The notes under the pieces: generated by a model
Database searches by the model: none
Seen by the model: only the letters and a program-made list of their open reading frames with translations
What the model was told of the DNA's origin: nothing
Origin: Candidatus Aenigmatarchaeota archaeon
GTDB lineage: Archaea > Aenigmatarchaeota > Aenigmatarchaeia > CG10238-14 > SCSR01
Assembly: GCA_016187405.1 (NCBI GenBank)
Contig: JACPJS010000004.1
Location: forward strand, 1 to 47,473
Length of the DNA: 47,473 bases
Reading direction: 5' to 3'
Position numbers and translations under genes: made by a program
Shown here: positions 1 through 9,227 of the stretch, in pieces
Layout: each line of letters starts with the position of its first letter
Numbering within the stretch: position 1 is the first letter of the stretch

Positions 1-20
1 AGTAGTATTATCTCCAAATA

Positions 21-557
21 ATGATGAGAAGATTAATCATATTAGATCTATATGGAACTATTGTTAAAGCTGATAAAAGGGACGGAGTAGTTAGACCTGG
101 TCTACAGGAATTCTTGGATTACTATAGTGATTCTAAAAAAGTCATTTTTACTGATGGGGATATAGAAACAGTTGAAGCTGATTTGCGTCTTACTGGATTA
201 ACTGGGAAGTTTGATAGAATCTATGATCAAAGACATTGTATTGCTGAAGTTGCATATCACATGCAAAATGAAAAGTTTAGAAAAATTTTAACGAGCCGAG
301 GGAGAGGCGATATCAAAAATCTGGAACAAGCATGTAAAGATTTTTCTATTCCAAAATCTGATGCAGTATTTATCGGGGATAACTTCTATGGAAGAGATTG
401 CAAATCAGCAGAATTCCATGGAGTAAGATTTATCAGAGTACCACAGTATAGAACTAATCTCCCTGATTTGGATGAAAGAGACAAAACGGAAGGTTATGTC
501 GAATATGAAGACCCTACGAGTCCCTTTTCTTTTATGTCACTTATAGGGAAGATATGA
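21..557 (+). CDS. HAD-superfamily hydrolase
   Basis: Motif I DLYGT near the N-terminus, motif II FTDG, motif IV FIGDN..GRD. Confidence 0.8.
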   Translation: MMRRLIILDLYGTIVKADKRDGVVRPGLQEFLDYYSDSKKVIFTDGDIETVEADLRLTGLTGKFDRIYDQRHCIAEVAYHMQNEKFRKILTSRGRGDIKNLEQACKDFSIPKSDAVFIGDNFYGRDCKSAEFHGVRFIRVPQYRTNLPDLDERDKTEGYVEYEDPTSPFSFMSLIGKI

Positions 558-582
558 GTAAAAAAATTACTTGTCATTAATT

Positions 583-747
583 TTACGCGACCAAAATTTT
601 GAGAAGTATCTCAACAGTAGCGAGACCAAGAACTATGAAGACAACATGCTTTGGTTTCAGTTTCAGGACTTCTTTTTCCTCTTCATTGTAACGGATCAAA
701 CCACCGATACCGCTAGGCATATACATCTTGTCTTTCTTAGACGACAT
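583..747 (-). CDS. secG: Preprotein translocase subunit Sec61beta (SecG), 54 aa; absent from the ORF track
   Basis: Manual translation MSSKKDKMYMPSGIGGLIRYNEEEKEVLKLKPKHVVFIVLGLATVEILLKILVA*; GGLxRY...KLxPxHV plus one C-terminal TM helix is the archaeal Sec61beta pattern. Confidence 0.9.
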   Translation of the reverse strand: MSSKKDKMYMPSGIGGLIRYNEEEKEVLKLKPKHVVFIVLGLATVEILLKILVA

Positions 748-777
748 AATAATCAATTCTCATAAAGGTTCTTAAAT

Positions 778-1947
778 CTAAGACCTTGTCCTTACAAATG
801 ACTTTAGATATCCTCTGCTCCACACCCACACTACAACAAGACCAATTCCCGACAATATGTAAGGCAAGTTTATTTGGTATGTTGCTATGGCTCCTCCTAT
901 TACAGGACCCAATACTCTTGCAAGCGATCCGAAAGATTGTGATATGCCCATTACTACACCCTGCTCATCCTTTTTGGATTCCAATGATATCAATGATTGC
1001 GTATTAGGATTGATGAAACTGAATCCCAATGAAAACAAGAAGCCAGCTGCAATGACATGATAAGCCGAAGTCGCGAATCCCAGCATCAGATAACCTACGC
1101 TGAACAAAACAAGACCGATTCTAATCAAAAGCGTTTCATTGACTTTTGTGAGAAGATATCTGATGCCAAATGCCTGACTGATGAAAGATACAACTCCAAT
1201 CATTGCGAAATAATATCCAATCTGTCCTTCTGTCCATGATAGAAGTTTGTTTGCAAATAACGGGAATACACCTAACGTAAGTGCGGAACAAAAGTTTACA
1301 AGGAAGAAAAGCACCAGCAAGAAACCCATGTTCTTCGGTTGCATTATTTCTCGGGTCAGCTTGTAGTTGAAAAACTGTATCTTGACATTTTTCTTCGGCA
1401 AATGAAGAGATTCCTTGAGCAATACGAGTATCAATAGCGAATTGACAAATGAAAATATGAATGTTATTAGAAATGGTGTCTGTATGGAAAATTGTGCAGC
1501 GAAGAATCCGCCGATGAATGGACCGATTATGAAGCCGATGCCGAATACTGCACCGAACAATGCCATCAGTCTTGTTCTTTCATGCGATTCGCTTAAATCT
1601 GCGATATACGCCTGAGCGACTCCGATATTCGAACCGCCGATTCCGGAAAGTGTTCTGGCTATAAACAAAATCCAAAGGTCGTGCGAAAAGAAAATTATAA
1701 CGTATGATAACGCATTCAGCATTGAACTGACGAACAGGACAGGTTTTCTCCCGTACTTGTCAGATAGTCTTCCTAGAACAGGGCCGAAAATGAACTGGAA
1801 TAGTGAATAAGTCGCGACCAGCAATCCAACTACCAGTGCGTTCCCGCCATAATTCTCTACAAGAAAAGGAAGGAGAGGTATTATGACACCAAACCCGACC
1901 AGATCCATGAACACTACGCCAAATAAAATCCAGAGTTTCTTATCCAT
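778..1947 (-). CDS. MFS transporter, TetA/DHA1-like
   Basis: About 12 hydrophobic segments; motif A GRLSDKYGRKP; motif C GFIIGPFIGG. Confidence 0.9.
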   Translation of the reverse strand: MDKKLWILFGVVFMDLVGFGVIIPLLPFLVENYGGNALVVGLLVATYSLFQFIFGPVLGRLSDKYGRKPVLFVSSMLNALSYVIIFFSHDLWILFIARTLSGIGGSNIGVAQAYIADLSESHERTRLMALFGAVFGIGFIIGPFIGGFFAAQFSIQTPFLITFIFSFVNSLLILVLLKESLHLPKKNVKIQFFNYKLTREIMQPKNMGFLLVLFFLVNFCSALTLGVFPLFANKLLSWTEGQIGYYFAMIGVVSFISQAFGIRYLLTKVNETLLIRIGLVLFSVGYLMLGFATSAYHVIAAGFLFSLGFSFINPNTQSLISLESKKDEQGVVMGISQSFGSLARVLGPVIGGAIATYQINLPYILSGIGLVVVWVWSRGYLKSFVRTRS

Positions 1948-2030
1948 AGAAACAAAACTTTGTGCAAAAGAGTAGATAAAGTTTTATTTCTCAGTGTACC
2001 GCAATATATTCAATTCAGAAACGAAAACTA

Positions 2031-2441
2031 TTACTCCGGTCTCATATATTTTGTTAGTTCCATTCCAGATGTTCTAACAAATCCAAATTTTTCGTAGAAT
2101 GGAATGTTAGCAGGATTTTCTTCCCATGCGAATAGAGCAATAGAAGCATATCCTTTGTCCTTAACTCTGTTAATAAGCTCTTCAAGAATTTTTGCCCCTA
2201 CACCTTGACGCTGATAATCTGGATGTACTCCAATATCGTAAAACATGCACATTATCCCGTCTTCCACTATACGCCCTGTACCGATTAATCTTGTACCATC
2301 CCAACCAGTATAGAAAAAAGAAGATTTGGACAACACTTCATTCCATTTTTCCCATCCTCTTGGTTTCCAACCTATTGCAGCCCATAAATCATCTAATTGT
2401 TGGGTTTCTACATCTGTTCCTTCTTTGTATGTGACATCCAT
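2031..2441 (-). CDS. GNAT-family N-acetyltransferase
   Basis: VHPDYQRQGVG acetyl-CoA motif; FYEKFGF. Confidence 0.9.
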   Translation of the reverse strand: MDVTYKEGTDVETQQLDDLWAAIGWKPRGWEKWNEVLSKSSFFYTGWDGTRLIGTGRIVEDGIMCMFYDIGVHPDYQRQGVGAKILEELINRVKDKGYASIALFAWEENPANIPFYEKFGFVRTSGMELTKYMRPE

Positions 2442-2473
2442 ACAATGAAATAAAATAATAAATTTAAAAAGTT

Positions 2474-2701
2474 TTACTTCTTTCTTTGCCAGAATGTGAA
2501 CGAGTTATTGTTGTATCCTAGAACAGCCAGAGAAATTATCATCAACACGAATCCAATCACAACATGCGTTTCATGAGGAGTATCTCCCAATCCGATCAAT
2601 GCACCCAGTCCACTGTGAAGTGCATGCGGCAGGAACGCGAAGAACACACCGATTACCAATCCAATCGTCCCAAGGATGTTTACGATGTCATGTGATTTCA
2701 T
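2474..2701 (-). CDS. Small two-TM membrane protein
   Basis: Two hydrophobic helices with His-containing loop; co-oriented with neighbours. Confidence 0.65.
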   Translation of the reverse strand: MKSHDIVNILGTIGLVIGVFFAFLPHALHSGLGALIGLGDTPHETHVVIGFVLMIISLAVLGYNNNSFTFWQRKK

Positions 2702-2728
2702 AATTTTCCTGATAAGAAAGAAGAGGGC

Positions 2729-3106
2729 TTATCTCTTAAGCCCGTATGCAACACCCAGTGAAACTACTGCTATTGCCAAGTGTAAGTATGTGATTGTTGT
2801 ATTAATCGCAAATACACTGAACAATACAGCAAGTCCTTGTGGAACTAGACCGACAAGACCTACAACAGCGGCTCCGATTCCGAGACCCATGTTATATGAC
2901 TTGGCAGAACTTTTCATCCCGAACCAAAGACCCAATGCTCCTACTACGATGTGCAAAATGTTTTCGTAAGTGTTTGCTCCGAACAATGGACTAGTAGCCG
3001 AGCTTGATGCTGGCACACCAACCAATGGATTGGATACAAATCCTACAAGGCCGACCAGCACTAAAACAGCGCCGATGACCATAGCGTAAGTTTTTTGAAC
3101 TTCTAT
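2729..3106 (-). CDS. Four-TM membrane protein, DUF4383-like; start revised (ATA at 3106 or ATG at 3082)
   Basis: G..LVLVGLVGF, N.LHIVVG, LHLAIA pattern; SD AGGTGAT at 3117-3111; TATA TTTATATA at 3147-3140 lies inside the longer ORF-track call. Confidence 0.7.
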   Translation of the reverse strand: MEVQKTYAMVIGAVLVLVGLVGFVSNPLVGVPASSSATSPLFGANTYENILHIVVGALGLWFGMKSSAKSYNMGLGIGAAVVGLVGLVPQGLAVLFSVFAINTTITYLHLAIAVVSLGVAYGLKR

Positions 3107-3227
3107 GCGTATCACCTGAATCGTAATTGTTGGGGACGGTATATAAACTTTCACCAAACTTGGAGATAACGAAGTTTTAATCTGATTTTATAAGTTTAGA
3201 AAACAATTTTGATTAGCGATAAAATTT

Positions 3228-4637
3228 ATGGATTTTTTTCAAGGAAACGGAGCCTATCAATTATCCGATGTTTATTTTGGAAGATACACGGATACTGACG
3301 AAGACCCGATTAAAGGTAAAAAAGCTACTTGGGGAAACGGTTTGGCAGCTTATCATTTACATGTACCTACAGCAACAGACATAACTTTCGGAGTTGTTTT
3401 TAACTTTGGTTCGTTAAATGAAGGCCGTTTACCTGTCGAGACTGCTCATGCATGGGAACATGCGGCATTCTCAGACCAGCAAATGTTGAAATTAGCTAGG
3501 AAGTACCATGCCAGAACACCACATGATGAAGGTAGTATTTGGACAGAGCTCCATCGTATAATAGGTAGGGTCAATTGCAGTAGTCAATGGTCGCTTTTCC
3601 CTGCATTAGAATCATTGTGCAGATCTGTCTATGGTATCACAGATGAAAAGTTAGCTAGTTTTGAACAAGAAAGAATTCCGATGGAAATAGAATCCCGTGC
3701 ACACCGCAATAACGCCGACGAGTTCTTTCCTTATAGCGTTCTTGCACCAGCTGTCTTTCATGATACTTCATTAAAAGGAAGAATCGCGTATGCACGTCAT
3801 TATGGACATTATCGTTCAGGACTACAGACAAGTCATGTTACAGCATACCATCATGCAAACTTCAGTCCCGATAAAATAGTAGTTGTCGTAACTAGTCCAA
3901 ATGAGGACGACGATACTACCAAAACATTCAAAGTAGTTGATAGGGCACTGGGAAAATTAGAAATGCGTCCTACAAGAGATAGAACCTTATCGGTGTCAAC
4001 TAGGGCACAGACACAAAAACTAACAGTCGACAAAAGATACGATGCACCTCGCGTTGGTATGGGATGCAGAATTCCGAACACTTTAGATGTGGTTGCCGCA
4101 GTAGACATACTCGATTCTATGCTTGCAGATGACGGTGCAAAAAGATATTTGGAAGTTGCTAGGTCCCAAACTGGAGGGTATCCTAAATTTTCCTACCATG
4201 TATATTCAAATCGCATGACTACCGGCACAGGTACAGACGCCTATCTTGTTTTTGGACCAACACTTCCAGGGCGACATAACGAATTACGAGATGCGATATT
4301 TGAAGCATGGGATATCGGAGGTCTCGTTAGGTACAAAGAGATATTTCGTAGCGGGAAAGAGCGAGCGCTTGCCCGTCATAACGAAAATTTGCAGACTGGA
4401 TCGCAAGTGTTTTTAATGGCTAGCGATCTACATTTCGATCCAAGAGATGTTAATAATCCTGACTCATACAGGGAAAAGGTAGAAGGTTTGACATTTGAAG
4501 AAGTTTTAGACGTCCAACAAAGATACATCAGTGGTGAAAATTGTGCAGCAATAGCTGTCGCACGTCCAATCAGAAAAGGCACAATCCGGGTCACACATCA
4601 ACCATCTCGACCACAATTGAGACTAGCCGCAAGATAA
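3228..4637 (+). CDS. M16 (insulinase-like) zinc peptidase, divergent
   Basis: Inverted zinc motif HAWEH after FNFGS..E; distal Glu region EQERIPMEIE; two-lobe length. Confidence 0.75.
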   Translation: MDFFQGNGAYQLSDVYFGRYTDTDEDPIKGKKATWGNGLAAYHLHVPTATDITFGVVFNFGSLNEGRLPVETAHAWEHAAFSDQQMLKLARKYHARTPHDEGSIWTELHRIIGRVNCSSQWSLFPALESLCRSVYGITDEKLASFEQERIPMEIESRAHRNNADEFFPYSVLAPAVFHDTSLKGRIAYARHYGHYRSGLQTSHVTAYHHANFSPDKIVVVVTSPNEDDDTTKTFKVVDRALGKLEMRPTRDRTLSVSTRAQTQKLTVDKRYDAPRVGMGCRIPNTLDVVAAVDILDSMLADDGAKRYLEVARSQTGGYPKFSYHVYSNRMTTGTGTDAYLVFGPTLPGRHNELRDAIFEAWDIGGLVRYKEIFRSGKERALARHNENLQTGSQVFLMASDLHFDPRDVNNPDSYREKVEGLTFEEVLDVQQRYISGENCAAIAVARPIRKGTIRVTHQPSRPQLRLAAR

Positions 4638-4719
4638 AGAATAAAGTGTGCACATCATATTTCTATACAAAAATTAAACCAAGCGGCATAATTTAATATC
4701 AGTCACTATAATACGTATT

Positions 4720-5583
4720 ATGAACAAACTCTTTACAATAGCCTTAGCCTTGATTTTAATTCTACCTACGCCCTACGCCCAAAATCTTACAAACTATTCA
4801 ATCCAAAGTCAAGAAATCAAGTTTGATATTCAAGCAGACAATTCAGTTAAACAAACCATGAAATTCACTTTCAACAACCCGATTAATACAGCTATTAACT
4901 ATACCGTGGACAACAAAGTCCACAACATCCAGGTATCAGACGGTAAGCAGTATATAGATTACAGACTGATACCTAACGCCGATTCGTATATTATCGAAAT
5001 TTTTCCGAAGGAACCTTCAACAACACTGATAATTTCATATAGAGCAGACGACGTTGTTTTTCACAGTGATTCTATCGAACACTTCTTCACAGAATTCTCA
5101 TTTGGTAATACTGTTCAAAATCTCAAAGTCCAGGTTATGCTTCCGGTAGGTTACGGTGTATATCAGAATTCATATCTCCCAATTGACGGCACGATAAATT
5201 CAGACGGCCAGAGAATAATTGTTACATGGGAAAAAACAAACGTGCAAGGGAATATTCTATTTTCAGTCAAGTTCGAAAATCTAAACTCATCGCCAAATAT
5301 TTTACCAATAGCAATCGTAATTTCAATCGGAGCCGTTGCTTACATCTATTTCCATTTCAGAAAAAAAACGAAAGAAGAATTCATCAAAGGATTCAGGGAA
5401 GATGAACAAAAAGTCATAGGTTATCTAGAACAACACAAGAAGACATTCCAGAATAGACTCCAAAAAGAATTCAATTTCTCCCGCGCGAAAGTAACAAGAA
5501 TAGTGATGGTGCTTGAGCAGAAGGGTCTGGTTAAAAAACAGAGATACGGAAGGACAAACAGACTAACCTGGTTGAAGAAATGA
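4720..5583 (+). CDS. Membrane-anchored HTH protein (signal peptide, extracellular beta domain, TM, C-terminal wHTH; COG2512-like)
   Basis: N-terminal hydrophobic signal, TM at about aa 194-213, then EDEQKVI..Q..LQKEFNFSRAKVTRIV..LEQKGLV.K.RYGRTN. Confidence 0.8.
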   Translation: MNKLFTIALALILILPTPYAQNLTNYSIQSQEIKFDIQADNSVKQTMKFTFNNPINTAINYTVDNKVHNIQVSDGKQYIDYRLIPNADSYIIEIFPKEPSTTLIISYRADDVVFHSDSIEHFFTEFSFGNTVQNLKVQVMLPVGYGVYQNSYLPIDGTINSDGQRIIVTWEKTNVQGNILFSVKFENLNSSPNILPIAIVISIGAVAYIYFHFRKKTKEEFIKGFREDEQKVIGYLEQHKKTFQNRLQKEFNFSRAKVTRIVMVLEQKGLVKKQRYGRTNRLTWLKK

Positions 5584-5584
5584 A

Positions 5585-5626
5585 TGTTTCACGACTGTTT
5601 CACCACACTTACTAGCGCCTGAAACA
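5585..5626. promoter_or_regulatory. Candidate operator: TGTTTCAC direct repeat (11-bp period) plus inverted copy
   Basis: TGTTTCAC at 5585-5592 and 5596-5603; TGAAACA at 5620-5626. Confidence 0.45.
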
Positions 5627-5658
5627 TACAAATAATTCATAATCAACGAGGTGGTTGA

Positions 5659-5877
5659 ATGCAGTTAAAAAGAACTCTTCTATTGGAATGGATTGAACCA
5701 AGTCCAAACAAAGTGGAGGATATCTACGAAGAACTAGTAAAACTTTACCGTAAGAAAACCGAACTGGCTTACGGTGCGTGCAGTAACTGTGAAAATCTAT
5801 CAACCGATCTCTCCCTAGCTGCCAACGGGTGGCTTTGCGAAGATTGTAGAGACGAAATAATGGAGGTGGACAAATGA
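5659..5877 (+). CDS. Small zinc-finger protein (CxxC...CxxC)
   Basis: GACSNC...NGWLCEDC; SD GAGGTG upstream; ATGA overlap with next gene. Confidence 0.7.
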   Translation: MQLKRTLLLEWIEPSPNKVEDIYEELVKLYRKKTELAYGACSNCENLSTDLSLAANGWLCEDCRDEIMEVDK

Positions 5878-6674
5878 AGAAATGGTTTATAGCATTAGCA
5901 ACTTCTCTAGTATTGCTAATGCCTGTAGCAATGGCACAGCAAGCAACAACAAACGCAACATCTGTTTCATCGACAGATTTGCAATTCAAAAGATTTGGTG
6001 AATCGTTTCAGGACTTTGTCTTCAACGTCAGGCATATCCTAACTTTCAGTAATGACGCCAAACTAGAATTGCTCAAGGAAAGAAACGATGAAATGAAATC
6101 AAGGCAACAGGCTTGGTTGGACATCAAGGCTCAAGCCCTGCAAGAATTCAGATCAGGAAATCTGACTGCAGAAGAAAAACAAGCAATCGTGAGCGAACTT
6201 CAAGGTGAGCACAAAGCGATAATCAAGAATCATCTGGAAATGACATCAGAAACGAAAGATATCGAACTGAAAGCGAAAGCACACAGCAACACAGAGTTGG
6301 AGACAAAAAGCCATGAAGAAGCTGATATAGAGGAACAATCACAACTGTCATCCGGGTTGAACCTGACAGACTCAGATTTCTTCCTAGCAATTCACTCAAA
6401 TGGAAACACGACATTGACAGCTGACGAAGCTGCATCAATAGTGCAAAGAGACTTTGGTTTCAATGCGTCTCAAGTCAAAACAGAAACAAGAGGCAACACG
6501 ACATACTATGTTGTGACAGGTAACAGTACCGAATCGTCTGGTGCGTATTCACTCACAAAGAATTTCGAAGTGTGGGTTGAATCAGACACTGGTGTAGTAG
6601 CAGCTGTAAACTTGGGAACAAACATAGCTAGTAAAGTTCAAGGCCATACATTAGTTGGAGTAGGGGTGGAATAA
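5874..6674 (+). CDS. Secreted protein with helical N-domain and possible PepSY-like C-domain
   Basis: Signal peptide ending AMA-Q; SD GGAGGTG; LTF...AKLEL resembles the next gene; LTADEAASIV...YYVV...VWVESDTG.V PepSY-like. Confidence 0.6.
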   Translation: MKKWFIALATSLVLLMPVAMAQQATTNATSVSSTDLQFKRFGESFQDFVFNVRHILTFSNDAKLELLKERNDEMKSRQQAWLDIKAQALQEFRSGNLTAEEKQAIVSELQGEHKAIIKNHLEMTSETKDIELKAKAHSNTELETKSHEEADIEEQSQLSSGLNLTDSDFFLAIHSNGNTTLTADEAASIVQRDFGFNASQVKTETRGNTTYYVVTGNSTESSGAYSLTKNFEVWVESDTGVVAAVNLGTNIASKVQGHTLVGVGVE

Positions 6675-6718
6675 CCCCAAATTTTTTATTTATAAAATAC
6701 AAAATAGAAAGTGAAATA

Positions 6719-7534
6719 ATGAGAACATATCTGATAGTCGCATTGGCAGTTTTGGGAATTTTTGTTACACCTGTTTTCGCCCAATTGGGATCTCAGGCAT
6801 TCCCTGACGTGAATTTCAGTAACGAGAACATAACAGATGCAAAGATTACCGTGGCAGAGACGGCATTTTCCAATCCTGGATTACTACCTGACAGTCCTTT
6901 GTATTTTTTCAAGAGAGTGAAGGAAAACGCCCAATTATTCTTGACTTTCAACGAGGAACAAAAAGCAAAATTACATTTGGAACTGGCTAAAACAAGGTTG
7001 TCAGAAGCCAGAGCTTTGGTTGAGAAAAACAAAACAAGAGAAGTGGAAACTGCGGTTAATGAGTTTAGTGACGAAGTCGATAAGTTAGAAGCCTCTCAAG
7101 GTATTGGAAGAAATGTTTCAGCTTTTGTCAAGGATACGAACGAAACACTTGAAAAAAGCAGAATAGTATTGGCACTCGTTCTACAGAAAGTTCCTGATCA
7201 GGCCAAACCTGCTATTGAAAGAGCTCTCAACAATACTGTTGAAAAGAAAGTCAGGATAGAAATCAATTCTAATGAGACAGATTCTGAAAAGGCAAAAATC
7301 AGAATTGAAGAGAAAACAAAAAGAGAACTAGAAAAAAATAATGAAATCAAGGACACAGTAAGAAAGATCAAGGAAAGGTCCGAATCAGAAAAGCAAAACA
7401 TAACAAGGTCGGAAACAACTCGTACAAGTGAGATTATAGAAAAAACTAAAAGCGAAACAGAACGTACTGTAAGAGAAATCAGCACTCAAACTGCGAATAG
7501 GATAGGAAAATCATTGCCTTCTATTGAAAAATAA
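6719..7534 (+). CDS. Secreted DUF5667-like protein
   Basis: PGLLPDSPLYFFKRVKE..QLFLTF...KAKLHLELA..RLSEA; VPDQAKPAIERA. Confidence 0.75.
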   Translation: MRTYLIVALAVLGIFVTPVFAQLGSQAFPDVNFSNENITDAKITVAETAFSNPGLLPDSPLYFFKRVKENAQLFLTFNEEQKAKLHLELAKTRLSEARALVEKNKTREVETAVNEFSDEVDKLEASQGIGRNVSAFVKDTNETLEKSRIVLALVLQKVPDQAKPAIERALNNTVEKKVRIEINSNETDSEKAKIRIEEKTKRELEKNNEIKDTVRKIKERSESEKQNITRSETTRTSEIIEKTKSETERTVREISTQTANRIGKSLPSIEK

Positions 7535-7539
7535 AAAAA

Positions 7540-7793
7540 GGCGTGCTGGGCATAGCCCCTCTTCTGTTTTGGTAGCATTTATCTAAGCGCTAATGCTTGC
7601 ATCCAAGGTTATACCAGTCCGTTTCATTCTGTCACCGGCACTTCTTTTCATCATCATACTGCCGTCAACAGATTCGTTTCTGATTCTGGTTTCTGACTTC
7701 TCAGCCAGCTGCTTCCACAGCACCTTACCGGATGGAGGGAACTTCCTCAGTTTTCCTTTGACAGAAAACCGAAGCTACCTGACCAGCGTCGCC
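7540..7793 (-). ncRNA. rnpB: Archaeal RNase P RNA (about 254 nt)
   Basis: Minus strand: P1 GGCGACGCTGG/CCCAGCACGCC; CR-I GAGGAAGTTCCCTC pairs with CR-V ACAGAAGAGGGGCT (P4 with bulged U); P2 GGTAGC/GCTACC; P5 CATCC/GGATG; TGAAAC; TATA box about 25 nt upstream and T-run downstream. Confidence 0.93.
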
Positions 7794-7826
7794 TAATTAC
7801 TAAGTAACAGAACTAGTTTATAAACT

Positions 7827-8150
7827 TTATACAAGGTCAATGACTTTTTCAATTTCACCGTACCCAATTACCAAGCTCTCCGTTGACATAACACTAAAAA
7901 GTCCGTATGTGTCCCTTTCAATATGAGCATCTTCCCATCCGGCTTCCCGATATCTTCTTGCAACTTCATATGCAACTCTTCGACTAGTGCCGTAATGTAA
8001 CAAGAAATGAACTTCTTTATGTTCAACGTCATAACGTCCAATCACCTCATTTATTCTTCCTATCTGCCAGTCAACACTAGAAAGTTCTTCGTCAGAAAGT
8101 TGTCTTAATCCTTGATATGATCTTGCAGCTTGTACAGGGGTGGTAATCAT
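7827..8150 (-). CDS. Hypothetical protein (ORF track says +; sequence shows -)
   Basis: cat at 8148-8150 and tta at 7827-7829; contains YEVARRYREAGW. Confidence 0.6.
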   Translation of the reverse strand: MITTPVQAARSYQGLRQLSDEELSSVDWQIGRINEVIGRYDVEHKEVHFLLHYGTSRRVAYEVARRYREAGWEDAHIERDTYGLFSVMSTESLVIGYGEIEKVIDLV

Positions 8151-8212
8151 TCAAATATTATTATAGCAAGTAAAGATTTAAGTAATTAAATTCTACGAAA
8201 CCAAATAATATT

Positions 8213-8716
8213 ATGAGACTTGTTAGGACGATTTTGGAAAGCCTTGGGAAAAATTGGAAGTGGATAGTGTTCGGAGCAGTACTTTATGTTCTACCTGCAT
8301 TATACAGATATTTCACAACAAATTCACTGGTTCCGATACTTGATTACACACTTTTCCTATATCAGCAAAATTCACAGATAATTCCAGTCAATCTAGAGAC
8401 TCTTGGAGCATTATTCCTGATACAAGGTTCGCTCGGTGCAATAGTAGGCAACAGTTTCTTTGAAATGATTCTGAAAAGAAAACTTGAAGGAACTGAAAAA
8501 TATCTTGCTTATGTCCTAGGATCTGTATCGTTTGCTTTGTTATGGACGGGAGTGCAATTTGTAGGTTACAATTTCCTGAATCCGGTTGGTCCTTGGGGTA
8601 ATTCTGTATTTCCAAGTTCGAATGTATACGGTAGAAATATACTGATTTCACTTACAGTCGCACCATTGTTGCCTTATTTGATAGAACTTCTTAACAGAAA
8701 AATTAAATTACATTAA
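8213..8716 (+). CDS. Hypothetical membrane protein (about 4 TM)
   Basis: Hydrophobic segments; TATA-like TTTAAG about 30 nt upstream. Confidence 0.65.
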   Translation: MRLVRTILESLGKNWKWIVFGAVLYVLPALYRYFTTNSLVPILDYTLFLYQQNSQIIPVNLETLGALFLIQGSLGAIVGNSFFEMILKRKLEGTEKYLAYVLGSVSFALLWTGVQFVGYNFLNPVGPWGNSVFPSSNVYGRNILISLTVAPLLPYLIELLNRKIKLH

Positions 8717-8719
8717 AAA

Positions 8720-9175
8720 TTATTTTTTCTCTGGATCTTCGCAGATTTTTTGGTATAACTCTGTTGCGAGTTGCTTTAAAGTTTCTTCAGTTTCGTTGCT
8801 TTCTCTAACAAATGACATACCATCTTTAGCTAAAGAGTTCGTGTAATCATGGAGTCCTTTTGGACCATCTTGATCAAAAACTCTTGCTGGATATCTGGCC
8901 AAAATTTTCCCCCCATTATCTTTAACTACGCTGCCGAAAGACCTTCCATACTTGTTCAATAAAGTTGCACATTCATTTATTCCATTTGAACTAACTACAA
9001 GCCTGTTAAGCTTTAACACCTGACCCTCAGCGTAACGTGTTACAGGTGTGACTGTTACATTGAGTTTTGGGCTTTCAGAAGCTGGTGAAGCTGGTGAAGA
9101 GGAACATGCTGATAACAATGCAGCAGCTAAAACGATGCCTCTCCCGAACCCGCTGGTTAAATAACCATTTGACAT
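8720..9175 (-). CDS. Putative lipoprotein (ORF track says +; sequence shows -)
   Basis: cat at 9173-9175; lipobox-like LLSAC followed by SSPASPASESP. Confidence 0.6.
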   Translation of the reverse strand: MSNGYLTSGFGRGIVLAAALLSACSSSPASPASESPKLNVTVTPVTRYAEGQVLKLNRLVVSSNGINECATLLNKYGRSFGSVVKDNGGKILARYPARVFDQDGPKGLHDYTNSLAKDGMSFVRESNETEETLKQLATELYQKICEDPEKK

Positions 9176-9227
9176 AGTTTTTATATATTCAGATAACTTT
9201 ATAAGTTTAGTACTTTTTAGTAGTATA

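Noticed and set aside
571-765. 64-aa + strand ORF
   Set aside because: Antisense shadow of secG/Sec61beta.
7593-7796. 67-aa + strand ORF
   Set aside because: Antisense to the RNase P RNA; no protein features.
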